Origin: Flavobacteriales bacterium | GTDB taxonomy: Bacteria > Bacteroidota > Bacteroidia > Flavobacteriales_F > PHOS-HE28 | DNA length: 64,000 nt | Assembly (NCBI GenBank): GCA_016721825.1 | Contig: JADKHI010000001.1 | Span: forward strand, 769,084-833,083 | Reading direction: 5' to 3' | Shown: piece by piece, positions 10,637-19,963 of the stretch | How the letters are laid out: every line of letters starts with the position of its first letter | Position numbering within the stretch: position 1 is the stretch's first letter | Translations under genes and position numbers: made by a program | The notes under the pieces: generated by a model | Seen by the model: the letters and a program-made list of their open reading frames with translations, nothing else | Databases searched by the model: none | Told to the model about the DNA's origin: nothing

Positions 10637-11817
10637 TCGCCTCCGACGGAACCGACCTCCTGCTCCGACCGGCTTCCCAAAGGGGCCGGCTGAAGGTCTA
10701 CATCGGCATGAGCGCGGGTGTGGGCAAGAGCTACCGCATGCTCGAGGAGGCGCACCGACTGCTCGGCCAGGGGGTGAACATCCAGGTCGGTTACATCGAA
10801 ACCCATGGCCGTGTGGAAACGCATGCCTTGCTCAAGGGGTTGCCATTGATCCCGCGCCGCGAGGTATTCTACAAAGGCAAGCGGCTGGACGAGTTCGACC
10901 TGGGTGCGACCTTGCTGTTGGCTCCCACTTGGGTGATCGTTGATGAGCTGGCGCACACCAACGTGCCCGGCAGTAAACATCCCAAGCGTTGGCAGGATGT
11001 TCTGGAACTGCTCGACAACGGGATCAACGTTATCACTGCGGTCAACATCCAGCACATCGAGAGCATTAACGAGGAGGTGCAGCGGATCACGGGCGTGGAG
11101 GTGACGGAGCGGGTGCCGGACAGCTTCCTTCAACGCGCGGACGAGGTGGTGAACATCGATCTCACGGCCGACGAGCTCATCACCCGGATGAAGGAGGGAA
11201 AGATCTACGACCACGCCAAGGTGGAGATGGCCCTGCGCAACTTCTTCCAGCCGGACAAGATCCTGCAGCTGCGCGAGCTGGCGCTGAAGGAGGTGGCCGG
11301 CCAGGTGGAGCGCAAGGTGGAAGCAGAGGTGGAACGCCCGAAGCAGTTGCGGCACGAACACTTCCTGGCCTGCATCAGCAGCAATGCCGATGTGGCGCGC
11401 AAGATCATCCGCAAAACGGCGCGGCTCGCCAACTACTACCACAGTGACTGGACCGTCCTCTACGTCCAGACCTCGAACGAGCGGAGGGACCGCATTCCTC
11501 TCGACAAGCAGCGGCACCTGCTGAACAACTTCAAGCTTGCCGTGGAGATGGGTGCCGACGTCATCCAGGCCCAGACGGACGCCCTTTCCGCAGTGAACGG
11601 TTCCGGCATGGGCTTCCTTCCGGCGAAAGTGCTGAACTTGGACAAGGCGAACATCGCTGATGCCATCATGCAGGTCGTTCAGGACAAGCACATCACAACG
11701 GTCTGCATCGGCAAACCGCATCTGAGCATCTGGCAGGTGATCCTGCGCACCAGCGTGTTCAACCGGCTCCTCACAGCACTCGCGGAGAACGATGTCGACC
11801 TGGTGATCCTGTCATGA
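10633..11817 (+). CDS. kdpD: KdpD N-terminal sensor-domain protein (KdpD plus Usp domain) without a kinase domain
   Basis: Strong identity to the E. coli KdpD N-terminus: GRLKVYIGMSAGVGKSYRMLEEA, HPKRWQDVLELLDNGINVITAVNIQHIESINEEV. 394 aa and ends before any HisKA/HATPase domain. Confidence 0.85.
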   Translation: MIASDGTDLLLRPASQRGRLKVYIGMSAGVGKSYRMLEEAHRLLGQGVNIQVGYIETHGRVETHALLKGLPLIPRREVFYKGKRLDEFDLGATLLLAPTWVIVDELAHTNVPGSKHPKRWQDVLELLDNGINVITAVNIQHIESINEEVQRITGVEVTERVPDSFLQRADEVVNIDLTADELITRMKEGKIYDHAKVEMALRNFFQPDKILQLRELALKEVAGQVERKVEAEVERPKQLRHEHFLACISSNADVARKIIRKTARLANYYHSDWTVLYVQTSNERRDRIPLDKQRHLLNNFKLAVEMGADVIQAQTDALSAVNGSGMGFLPAKVLNLDKANIADAIMQVVQDKHITTVCIGKPHLSIWQVILRTSVFNRLLTALAENDVDLVILS

Positions 11818-13493
11818 GAACGAAGACGCGCTTGAGCTTGTGGCTTGGCATGCTGGCCTTCCTGGTCCTGGTATTGGGAGGCGTGAGCTTGGGCACCATC
11901 TGGAACATGGGCAGCGAAGGGAAGGACGTGCTGAAAGCCAACTACAACAGCATCGCCTATGCGCAACGCATGCTGGAGGCCATCGACCTCGAAGAGGATA
12001 CCACCGAGCGCGCCCGGACGCTCGTTTCAGAGCTTGCGAGCCAGAAAGCGAACATCACTGAACCGGGTGAAGCAGAGCTGACGGAACGGCTCTCCCAGGC
12101 CATTGTGGCCTTCCGTTCCTCACCAGGGGATATCGCGAACACCCGGGAAATGCGAAAGCATCTGAACGGGGTCATTGACATGAACCGGGCCGCCATTGTG
12201 CGCAAAGCGTCGGATGCCGAGGACCGTGCGGACAAGGCGTTCGTGTGGATCAGCATCGCGGGCACCTTGTGCTTCCTCATCACCTTCACGCTCTTCCTCA
12301 GCCTGCCGGAGCGGATCGCCGAACCCATCCGGGTGCTCACCGAGGGCATCGACCGTATCGCTGCGGGGCACTACAATGAACGGGTGGAGCTGGAAGGCGG
12401 CGGGGAATTCGGTCACATGGCCGATCGCTTCAACGCGATGGCCAGTGAACTGGAACGTTGGGAGAACAGCAACCTGGCCCGCATCATGGAGGAGAAGGCA
12501 CGCGCTGAGGCGGTCATCAACTCCCTGCGGGATGCCAGCATCGGAGTGGATGATCAAGGCGCCATCCTCTTTGCCAACCGACAGGCGCTGGAGCTGCTTG
12601 GGCTCACAGAGAATGACCTTGTGGGAAGGTCTGCCCCGGAGGTAGCTTCACGCAACGACCTGTTCCGGCATGTTCTATCAGATAAAGCTGCCACACCCTT
12701 CAAGGCGGTCCTGGATGGGAAAGAGCAGTATTTCATCGCCGACACCTCCCCCATACAGGGCCGAAGCCGCGCCCTCGGGATGGTCCACACGGTCCGAAAC
12801 ATCACCCCCTTCCAGGAGCGCGACCAGGCCAAGACCCATTTCCTCGCCACTGTGAGCCACGAATTGAAGACCCCGTTGGCCAGCACGGACATCGGCCTGG
12901 GATTGCTCGAACGAAGTACATGGACCACTGACGATCAGCGGGCCATCTTGGCGGACCTTCGAAAGGACCATCAACGCCTGGTGCGGATCGTCAGTGAGCT
13001 GTTGGATCTGGCACAGGCCGAGTCCGGCAACATCAAGTTGCACCTGAGCGAGACACGCATCAGCGGTATTGTGACCAATGCCATGGAAGCCGTGAAGGCC
13101 AGCGCTCTTCAGAAGTTGATCCACTTCGAGGTGCTCACCGGTAAGGAGGAACCGATGGTGCGGGCTGATGCGGACAAGGCGGTCTGGGTGTTGGTGAACC
13201 TCCTTTCAAATGCGATCAAACACTCGCCAGCCGAAGGCATCATCACGGTCACTTCAAGTCAACAAGAGAGCTGGGAGGTCCTGACCGTTGGCGACCAAGG
13301 CCCCGGCATACCCGTTGACGAGCAGGACAATATCTTCCAGCGCTTCGCGAAAGGCTCATCCGCCAACCAAGGCACCGGGCTGGGCTTGTCCATCGCCCGT
13401 GAATTCATGCAGGCCATGGGCGGTTCGATCACGTACGACCGCACCGCTGGATCCGGGGCCACCTTCTCGCTGCACTTCCGGTCCGTACAATAG
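11814..13493 (+). CDS. membrane sensor histidine kinase (two TM helices, HAMP, PAS, HisKA, HATPase_c)
   Basis: H-box SHELKTPLAS. N, G1 and G2 boxes (NLLSNAIKHS, GDQGPGI, GTGLGLSIA). Start overlaps the KdpD-N stop (ATGA). Confidence 0.85.
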   Translation: MRTKTRLSLWLGMLAFLVLVLGGVSLGTIWNMGSEGKDVLKANYNSIAYAQRMLEAIDLEEDTTERARTLVSELASQKANITEPGEAELTERLSQAIVAFRSSPGDIANTREMRKHLNGVIDMNRAAIVRKASDAEDRADKAFVWISIAGTLCFLITFTLFLSLPERIAEPIRVLTEGIDRIAAGHYNERVELEGGGEFGHMADRFNAMASELERWENSNLARIMEEKARAEAVINSLRDASIGVDDQGAILFANRQALELLGLTENDLVGRSAPEVASRNDLFRHVLSDKAATPFKAVLDGKEQYFIADTSPIQGRSRALGMVHTVRNITPFQERDQAKTHFLATVSHELKTPLASTDIGLGLLERSTWTTDDQRAILADLRKDHQRLVRIVSELLDLAQAESGNIKLHLSETRISGIVTNAMEAVKASALQKLIHFEVLTGKEEPMVRADADKAVWVLVNLLSNAIKHSPAEGIITVTSSQQESWEVLTVGDQGPGIPVDEQDNIFQRFAKGSSANQGTGLGLSIAREFMQAMGGSITYDRTAGSGATFSLHFRSVQ

Positions 13494-13506
13494 GGCAAGG
13501 GGCCTA

Positions 13507-13965
13507 TCAAGCAGAGGCCAGAAGCCAGGCAAGCGCACCTTCGGCGTCGTCGAAATAGGCCACCTCGAACGGCATCTCCGGTGTGGCGGCCTGCATGATG
13601 CGGTCCACGCTCATCTGGTTGAAGTAGTCGGAGCTCATGAGGATCGCCATGCGTTTCAACCCGGTCTTGGCCAAGGTGGGGAACCACTCGTTCACCGTCC
13701 ACTGTTCGTCCTGCCGAAGGATCGCGTTCATGCCACGCAGATCCGCGAGCCATCGTTCCAATTGATGCAAGCCGACGTTCATGCGTGCATCCTCCAGAAT
13801 TCCACGGTACTCGGTGCTCGGAGCGTAACCGGACCACTTCAGACGGATCAATCGATCCTCCTTGTCCGCCGTCACGGTTACATACGCGTCCTGACGGAGC
13901 ATTAACAGGGGGCGTTCGGATGCTACATTCATTCGACGTCTAAAATAGTCAATTCGTCGAAACAA
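13507..13965 (-). CDS. hypothetical protein (possible STAS/SpoIIAA-like fold)
   Basis: 152-aa ORF convergent with the kinase gene. No diagnostic motif recognised. Confidence 0.35.
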   Translation of the reverse strand: MFRRIDYFRRRMNVASERPLLMLRQDAYVTVTADKEDRLIRLKWSGYAPSTEYRGILEDARMNVGLHQLERWLADLRGMNAILRQDEQWTVNEWFPTLAKTGLKRMAILMSSDYFNQMSVDRIMQAATPEMPFEVAYFDDAEGALAWLLASA

Positions 13966-14012
13966 GTAAAGCGCTCATACGACCCGTTCATCCCACGCCC
14001 TGAAGAACCCAC

Positions 14013-14579
14013 CTACTTGGGCAGCACCACCGGAATGTCCAAAGGCGGCAGATCCGGTGCGATGGTCGGCGCTCTGCGCTCCAAAGAATCGGTGAACTGC
14101 TTGAGCTTAGGCCGCCGGAATTCGCTATAGGCTTGGTCCCACTCGAACTGCCCACTGTTCATGTTGAAGCCACAGCGACCCACAGGCTCATCGAACACCG
14201 AAGCATCAAGGCCGGGCATCACCCTTACCAAGGCCATGTCCACGTTCATGGCGAACCCGTCCTTCCATTGCGCCGCGCTCGGCCCGCGGAGGTCGAAGAG
14301 CATGTGTTTCGGGGTGAAGTCCGGTGCTCTGTAGATCAAAGCATAGACCCGGTCCGCATGCATGACCAGCTCGAACTTGCCTTTGGCATCCGTGCGTGCG
14401 CGCAAAGCATCAGTGGTATCCCGCACGTTCACCGCCAGCACTTCGTAGCCAAATGGCGCCTGACCCGTGGCGTAGTTCCTCACTTTCCCATAGACATAGA
14501 GCGTGGAATCCTGGGCCGTGGACAACAGCGAGACGCCGAACACGGTCACCAACAAGGACCAACGACACGCTCCTACCAT
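14013..14579 (-). CDS. secreted hypothetical protein with a carboxypeptidase-regulatory-like N-terminal domain
   Basis: Signal peptide MVGACRWSLLVTVFGVSLLSTAQ. LYVYGKVRNYATGQAPFGYEV resembles the CarbopepD_reg fold. Start chosen at ATG 14579. Confidence 0.4.
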   Translation of the reverse strand: MVGACRWSLLVTVFGVSLLSTAQDSTLYVYGKVRNYATGQAPFGYEVLAVNVRDTTDALRARTDAKGKFELVMHADRVYALIYRAPDFTPKHMLFDLRGPSAAQWKDGFAMNVDMALVRVMPGLDASVFDEPVGRCGFNMNSGQFEWDQAYSEFRRPKLKQFTDSLERRAPTIAPDLPPLDIPVVLPK

Positions 14580-14659
14580 GCTCAAATATCCAGCTATTCG
14601 ATCGTAGCCCACAGGGACAAGCCTGACTCAAGAACCGGGCCTAGCGGAGCCAGTGAGGC

Positions 14660-14899
14660 TCAGTACGTCCCATCCACGCCACCCTCTTCGGCCGTGGCCC
14701 CGCCCGCTTGGGTGAGGCGCTCCAGCAGGGCGAAAGCGTTCAGGCGGTTACCATAGCGCACGGTGCGGTTCAAACTCACGATGTGACCAAGGCGTTGACC
14801 GGCCGGTAGCTCCAGCAGGTAGACCAGATCCTGGGGATCCAGCTCCATCAGCAACGGTTCGTTCTGATCGATCACGGTCAAATTGCCCAGGTGTACCAT
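14660..14899 (-). CDS. small hypothetical protein (79 aa)
   Basis: Only the C-terminal 79 codons of ORF 14660..15370 are free of overlap with the AlkD-like gene. Starts at ATG 14899 and has non-repetitive composition. Confidence 0.25.
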   Translation of the reverse strand: MVHLGNLTVIDQNEPLLMELDPQDLVYLLELPAGQRLGHIVSLNRTVRYGNRLNAFALLERLTQAGGATAEEGGVDGTY

Positions 14900-15027
14900 T
14901 GCGAGAGGAGGTCTGCTACACATCAAAGGTGAATACGCGCCTAGGGCAATGCACGATCCGACCCGACGGAACCTTCCATTCCAGCGACGAAGCGGCAAGG
15001 CCGATCGAAGTGGCCGAACTACGGCCC

Positions 15028-15693
15028 TTAAAGGTGCTTCATGGCTTCCCGCTCGCTGAGGGGGCTCAGCTTCCGCGAACGCACGAAGGCGCTTACCGCC
15101 TCTGGATCCGTGGCGCCCAGCTCGCGCAGCGACCAACCGATGGCTTTCCGGATGAAGAAGTCCTTGTGGCCAACGTGCCGGTCGATGTTCGCGAAAAGCA
15201 GTGCCTGATCCGTGTCCTCCTTCCAACGCGCCTGAAAGAGGATCGCTGTCCGGTTCAACCACATGTCGCTGCTGCCGATCCATCGCTTGCTCCACTTTGC
15301 GATCTCCTTCGGATGCTTCTTCAGGATCACACCCGCCACATGTATGGCCAGGCCATCCACACTGTCCCACCAGCTCTTGGTGGTGATCAGCTCCTCCACC
15401 AATGGCAGATCGGCGGGGCCCAACTTCTTTGCATGCTTCATGAACAGGTCCACCGCCACCTGGTGCAATTCGCGCTGCGGAAGAGCGAAGGCTGAACGCG
15501 CGATGGCCGGAAGCTCATCCAAGGCCGGAGCACCGTAAAGTGCGCTATGCTCCTTCACCAGTTCCCTCCGCTGCGGTGCCTTGATACCGAAGAAGGGGAA
15601 ACGGTCCTTCATGTAGGCGCTCATCGCTGCTGCGTTCTCCGCGTTCGCATGATGCTTGAACGTGGCGTGCAGCGGAGCGATCCAAGGGTGCAT
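15028..15693 (-). CDS. DNA alkylation repair enzyme (AlkD/AlkC-like HEAT-repeat glycosylase family)
   Basis: 221 aa with a helical-repeat sequence typical of the DNA alkylation repair enzyme family (the WWDSVDG region). Confidence 0.75.
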   Translation of the reverse strand: MHPWIAPLHATFKHHANAENAAAMSAYMKDRFPFFGIKAPQRRELVKEHSALYGAPALDELPAIARSAFALPQRELHQVAVDLFMKHAKKLGPADLPLVEELITTKSWWDSVDGLAIHVAGVILKKHPKEIAKWSKRWIGSSDMWLNRTAILFQARWKEDTDQALLFANIDRHVGHKDFFIRKAIGWSLRELGATDPEAVSAFVRSRKLSPLSEREAMKHL

Positions 15694-15842
15694 GGTGCGA
15701 AGTTGGCACCCGAACGGCTTATGGAGCTCATCGAGAGATCACTTCCGCATTGCCTGCATCCGTTCTCTCTTGGAGCCCATCCACCAATGCCAGCCAAACA
15801 CGACAGTTGCATTGCTGGAACCACACTACTAGTATTACCTAC

Positions 15843-16520
15843 ATGTTCAACCTCTTCAAACGGCGTATACCCAAGGAGCTGTTCCACAAGGACCTCCCCT
15901 CGCGTGAGCGGATCACACTCGTGATCGAAGAGTTCATTGAGCCTGCGCTGACCGATGCTGGTTTCACCTTCAAACGCCGCGACCTTGAGTTTCATAGGAA
16001 ACGCGAAAGCGGCGTGCGCGAGGAGATCAAACTGTTCACGCACCGCTACAACAGCAAAGCCACCGGTCAGGCCATGTTCCATCCACAGGTCACCTTGGGA
16101 TACGGTCCGTTCGATCGGTTCTGCACCAAGGTGTTCGGCTCCAAAGACCCTTCGACCGTATGGTACGGGTTGCCTTCCGAGCTACATGGATCCACACAGG
16201 ACTTTCTGCGCGAAGGCTACTACGACCTGGGCGAGGATGACAACCGGCGGATCATGGAGGCCTGTAAGCACAACGTTGTGGATGTGCTGTTGCCCCGGCT
16301 GAATGAACTCTCCACACCAGAGAGCCTGATCACATTCCTCGGTGAACTTCCCACACCTGAGGTCCAAACGCAGCTCCTGCTGGCCGCCATGAACACCGAC
16401 AGGCAGGCTGCGGAGATCTTTTTCGCCCAATACGAAGCGGACTGTGCGAAGGACAAGGACCCCGCCAGCCGGACAGCCCGACTGGAGCGGTTCAGAAAGA
16501 TCGTAGAAGCGGTCCAGTAA
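15843..16520 (+). CDS. hypothetical protein
   Basis: ORF with start chosen at ATG 15843 (MFNLFKRRIPKE...). No recognised domain. Confidence 0.45.
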   Translation: MFNLFKRRIPKELFHKDLPSRERITLVIEEFIEPALTDAGFTFKRRDLEFHRKRESGVREEIKLFTHRYNSKATGQAMFHPQVTLGYGPFDRFCTKVFGSKDPSTVWYGLPSELHGSTQDFLREGYYDLGEDDNRRIMEACKHNVVDVLLPRLNELSTPESLITFLGELPTPEVQTQLLLAAMNTDRQAAEIFFAQYEADCAKDKDPASRTARLERFRKIVEAVQ

Positions 16521-16704
16521 GACCACTGGACTTTCGATACGTGTCCGCACGCTAGGATCTTCCTGCAGGACCAGTTCCTCCTCCGCTGAATGCTGCTGCC
16601 GAAAAGCGAGATAAGATCGACCGGTTGATCTGATGGGAAAGCGGTTCAGTTCGTCAACGACAGTAGGCGCAACGCCCAATGATAAAGGTCGTTCAGCTCC
16701 GGTC

Positions 16705-17139
16705 CTACGCCACCACTTCCAGCTTCCCGGTCTTCAGGACCCGTTGACCGCGCTTCTTCACAGGTCCGTTACTCTTAACGCGCTCCCTGTGCTTCACGCC
16801 CCACATGCGCAGGTCCTTCAACACAGACTCAAGCGTACGACCGTAGGGTGTGATCTCGTACATCACTGTAACGGGCATGGTGTCGAGCATGGTCCGTTTC
16901 ACAAGCCCGTTCGCCTCCAGGTCCTTGAGTTCCTTGCTCAGCGTCTTGGCGGTGATGCCCTTGTTCAATCGTTGCAGTTCACCGAAGCGCATGCTGCCCC
17001 AAAAGCCCAGGCCAAGCAGGATCACGCTCTTCCACTTCCCGCTCACGATGTCCAAGGCGTCGCGGAACGAGAGCAGAAAGCCCGTGCAGGCTGCTTGATC
17101 GTGCGGCTGTAGGTCCGGGACGGTGGCTTTGCGCGGCAT
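16705..17139 (-). CDS. HxlR-family winged-helix transcriptional regulator
   Basis: LSFRDALDIVSGKWKSVILLGLGFWGSMRFGELQRLNKGITAKTLSKELKDLEANGLVKR is the HxlR HTH signature. Adjacent to a DoxX gene, a classic pairing. Confidence 0.8.
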   Translation of the reverse strand: MPRKATVPDLQPHDQAACTGFLLSFRDALDIVSGKWKSVILLGLGFWGSMRFGELQRLNKGITAKTLSKELKDLEANGLVKRTMLDTMPVTVMYEITPYGRTLESVLKDLRMWGVKHRERVKSNGPVKKRGQRVLKTGKLEVVA

Positions 17140-17176
17140 GTTGGCGTTGTTCAAAGGTAGGCGGCCCGGCCGTGGT

Positions 17177-17551
17177 TCAGGCGAAGGCGAGCGTGGCCTG
17201 ACGCTTGTGTGCGTACACGTACGACACCGCGAGGATCACCAGCGAAACCAGTGGCGCGATGCCCGTGGAAGCACCATCCACAGACGCGTGGGCAATGAAG
17301 GCCGATACGAAAGCGATGGCGAGACCTGCATAGGTCCACTCCTTGGCACGCATGGGGACCATGGGCAGCAGTAGCAGTACCGCAGCGATCAGTTTGGCGG
17401 CGCCCAGCTCCACGCGGAAATAGTCAGGGAAACCGAGGTGCGTGAAGCCGGTGGCCACCTCTGGCGAAGTGAAGTAGAGAACACCTGCGAAGGCCACTTG
17501 CAGGCCCAGCAATGCGGTGGAGATCCAGTAGATGATGTTGGTGAGTTTCAT
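17177..17551 (-). CDS. DoxX-family membrane protein
   Basis: 124 aa with four TM helices. Typical DoxX size and topology. Confidence 0.75.
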   Translation of the reverse strand: MKLTNIIYWISTALLGLQVAFAGVLYFTSPEVATGFTHLGFPDYFRVELGAAKLIAAVLLLLPMVPMRAKEWTYAGLAIAFVSAFIAHASVDGASTGIAPLVSLVILAVSYVYAHKRQATLAFA

Positions 17552-17730
17552 GTTGTGAGCGCCGAAGCCGGCGAAGGCGTTGAGATGTTGATCGGCCGCA
17601 AAGCTTCCATCAACTCAAGTCCCGATCCACGTGGGTTCCCAGGTGGAAACCGGTATCCTTCAGGAAACCAGCAAGCCCTTCGGCGCGACAGGCAACTGGC
17701 TGCCCACTGCCCGGTCACCCGACCACAACG

Positions 17731-18279
17731 TCACTCCGAACGGTCCAATGCGCTGAACAGGTCCTCCTCGAACGCCAACGCGCCTTCCAACTGCAACAGC
17801 CGCTTCTTCACCGGCAGGCCGCCAGCATAACCGACCAGTTCACCAGCGCTGCCGATGATGCGGTGGCAGGGAACGAAGAGGGAAAGCGCATTCGCGCCAT
17901 TGGCAGAGGCTACTGCACGGATAGCCGTTGCTTCACCCACCTGCGCGGTCAACTGGGCATAGGTGAGCGTAGTGCCATGGGGAACAGCTTGCAACGCCTG
18001 CCATACACGTTGTTGAAAGTCTGTACCGACCAAGCGCAGGGGCACATCGAAGGTCGTCCGCTCTCCGCCGAAGTAAGCGTTGAGCTGCTCCATGGCCCGC
18101 TCGATCACCGTGGATGTTCCGTCCACGTACTCAGCACCCAAACCCCGCTGAACACGCGCATCCACGGCATCGCGCATGCGGCGGTAACGCCAGTCGCACA
18201 CACAGAGTTCCTCCTCGAACGAGCCTAGAAGCAGTTCACCATAGGGCGTTGGGAAAGGATGGAGTTGAATGCTCGGCAT
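17731..18279 (-). CDS. ogt: methylated-DNA--protein-cysteine methyltransferase
   Basis: Active-site PCHRII motif (VPCHRIIGSAGELVGYAGG). N-terminal Ada-like domain. Start at ATG 18279 (MPSIQLHP...). Confidence 0.85.
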   Translation of the reverse strand: MPSIQLHPFPTPYGELLLGSFEEELCVCDWRYRRMRDAVDARVQRGLGAEYVDGTSTVIERAMEQLNAYFGGERTTFDVPLRLVGTDFQQRVWQALQAVPHGTTLTYAQLTAQVGEATAIRAVASANGANALSLFVPCHRIIGSAGELVGYAGGLPVKKRLLQLEGALAFEEDLFSALDRSE

Positions 18280-18428
18280 GGGTGTTCGGGGGAAAGGTAG
18301 CGGCTCATCGTTGGCGATCGCGCACCGAGCGGATCGCGGGACCACGTAACTTGGAAAGTGTCCACCCAATACCACGCCCAAGCAGCCGTTCAAGCCACCA
18401 ACACGTCTTCCTGAAAAACCCGAATACC

Positions 18429-19820
18429 ATGCGCTTCCCCACACTCTTCCTCGTCAGCATCGTCTGTCAGACACTAGCCGCACAAGGGTCCATGCGCAAC
18501 TGGCATTTCGGGATGAATGCTTCGGTGGACATGCTCGCAGGACCACCAGCCTTTCAGATCGGCTCCGCCATCGGCACAGGTGAATCGTGCGTGACCGTGA
18601 GTGACGTTAACGGCGATCTGCTTTTCTACAGTGAGGGCATGAATGTGTGGAACGTCAACCATGCGACCATGCCGAACGGGACCGGATTGCTTTGCAACAG
18701 CGGCGACTGGCAGCAGGGTGTGGCCACCTGCCCCTGGCCCGGCATGCCGAACAAGCACCTGCTCTTCCACACGGACATTGACCACACGCTCTACTGGTCC
18801 ACTGTGGACATGAGCTTGAACGGCGGTACGGGCGATGTCATCAACAAGAACACCTTTCTGGCCACAGGCATCGGCGAAGCCATGACGATCGCGCGGCACG
18901 GCAACGGCACCGACCACTGGCTGGTGGTACGTGACTTCGCAGCCGACCTGTTCAAGGTTTACCCGATCACGAACGCGGGCGTGGGCGCCATGTCCTCCTC
19001 CGTGGCATGTGGCATGGACGATTTCGACTTCACCGGCATGGCACGCTTCAACCATGCGCACACATGGATGGCCACTACCATGCGTGGAGGCTTTGGGAAT
19101 GGAGGCCTACTGGGCCTCTTCCCGTTCAATGCGACCACTGGGGTCCTGGGCGCAGGCACCGTCATTCCGCAATACGCGCCGTGGGGGCTGGAATTCTCCT
19201 GCAGCGACCGCCGCCTCTACCTCAGCCACAACGACCTCGTGCCGATCCAACAGTTCGACATGTTGAACGGCAGCCCGTCGAACATCCTGACCAACCCCGT
19301 CGATGCCACCATCCCGATCACCGCTTTCGACATGGCCAACGCCCCGGACAACCGCATTTACTTCGTGTGGAACGATGGCTGGAACCGTGGCGCGCGTGTG
19401 CTCGGGGCCATCCTCGAACCCGCAGAAGCCGGCCTCGCATGCAACATGGTCGACTCAGCCGTCGTCTGGACCTATCCCTTCGCCGCGAACAGCACCTGCC
19501 TGCCCAGCTTCATTCAACAACAAGCCTCTGTGGTCGGAAACTGCGCACCGGTCTCCGTGTCTTCGATCGAAGCCGCGAACGAACTGCCCGTGCTCTGCAA
19601 TACCATCATTGACAATGGCGCCTGGGTCCGTTGGCCAGCACAGAACGAAGGCTACCAGCTCACGGTGATCAGCGCAACGGGCAGCATGGTCCGCAGTACG
19701 CGATCGGAGGGTGCTGATCACTGGCTGAATACTGAGAATTTGAGCGCGGGTCTGTATGTGCTTCGCCTCTCCGTTGCCAAGGTTGGCACCGTACGCTCCT
19801 TAAAGTTCATAAAGGAGTGA
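18429..19820 (+). CDS. secreted protein with T9SS C-terminal sorting domain (paralog of 26321..27754)
   Basis: Signal peptide MRFPTLFLVSIVCQTLAAQG. C-terminal GLYVLRLSVAKVGTVRSLKFIKE is a T9SS CTD. N-terminal region is co-linear with the 26321 gene (WHFGMNASVDM vs WYFGEDAGLRF; LLFYSEGMNVWN..MPNG vs MLFYTNSETVWN..MPNG). Confidence 0.7.
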   Translation: MRFPTLFLVSIVCQTLAAQGSMRNWHFGMNASVDMLAGPPAFQIGSAIGTGESCVTVSDVNGDLLFYSEGMNVWNVNHATMPNGTGLLCNSGDWQQGVATCPWPGMPNKHLLFHTDIDHTLYWSTVDMSLNGGTGDVINKNTFLATGIGEAMTIARHGNGTDHWLVVRDFAADLFKVYPITNAGVGAMSSSVACGMDDFDFTGMARFNHAHTWMATTMRGGFGNGGLLGLFPFNATTGVLGAGTVIPQYAPWGLEFSCSDRRLYLSHNDLVPIQQFDMLNGSPSNILTNPVDATIPITAFDMANAPDNRIYFVWNDGWNRGARVLGAILEPAEAGLACNMVDSAVVWTYPFAANSTCLPSFIQQQASVVGNCAPVSVSSIEAANELPVLCNTIIDNGAWVRWPAQNEGYQLTVISATGSMVRSTRSEGADHWLNTENLSAGLYVLRLSVAKVGTVRSLKFIKE

Positions 19821-19963
19821 CCCGCAACGGTGTGGGCGCGTAGAGCCCTCTCCCCATTCTTCCTAGCTACGGGGAGCTGAATTCCCGTGTCCGCACCGGC
19901 ATTCCATTCCCACTCGAGGTTCGGCATGCTGATGGCCTTTGGGTGTGGACAAGACCCAACACC

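Noticed and set aside
14900-15370. N-terminal 157 aa of ORF 14660..15370 (-).
   Set aside because: It overlaps the AlkD-like gene in another frame and has Arg/Gly/His-rich artefact composition. Only the C-terminal 79 codons were retained, as a low-confidence small ORF.
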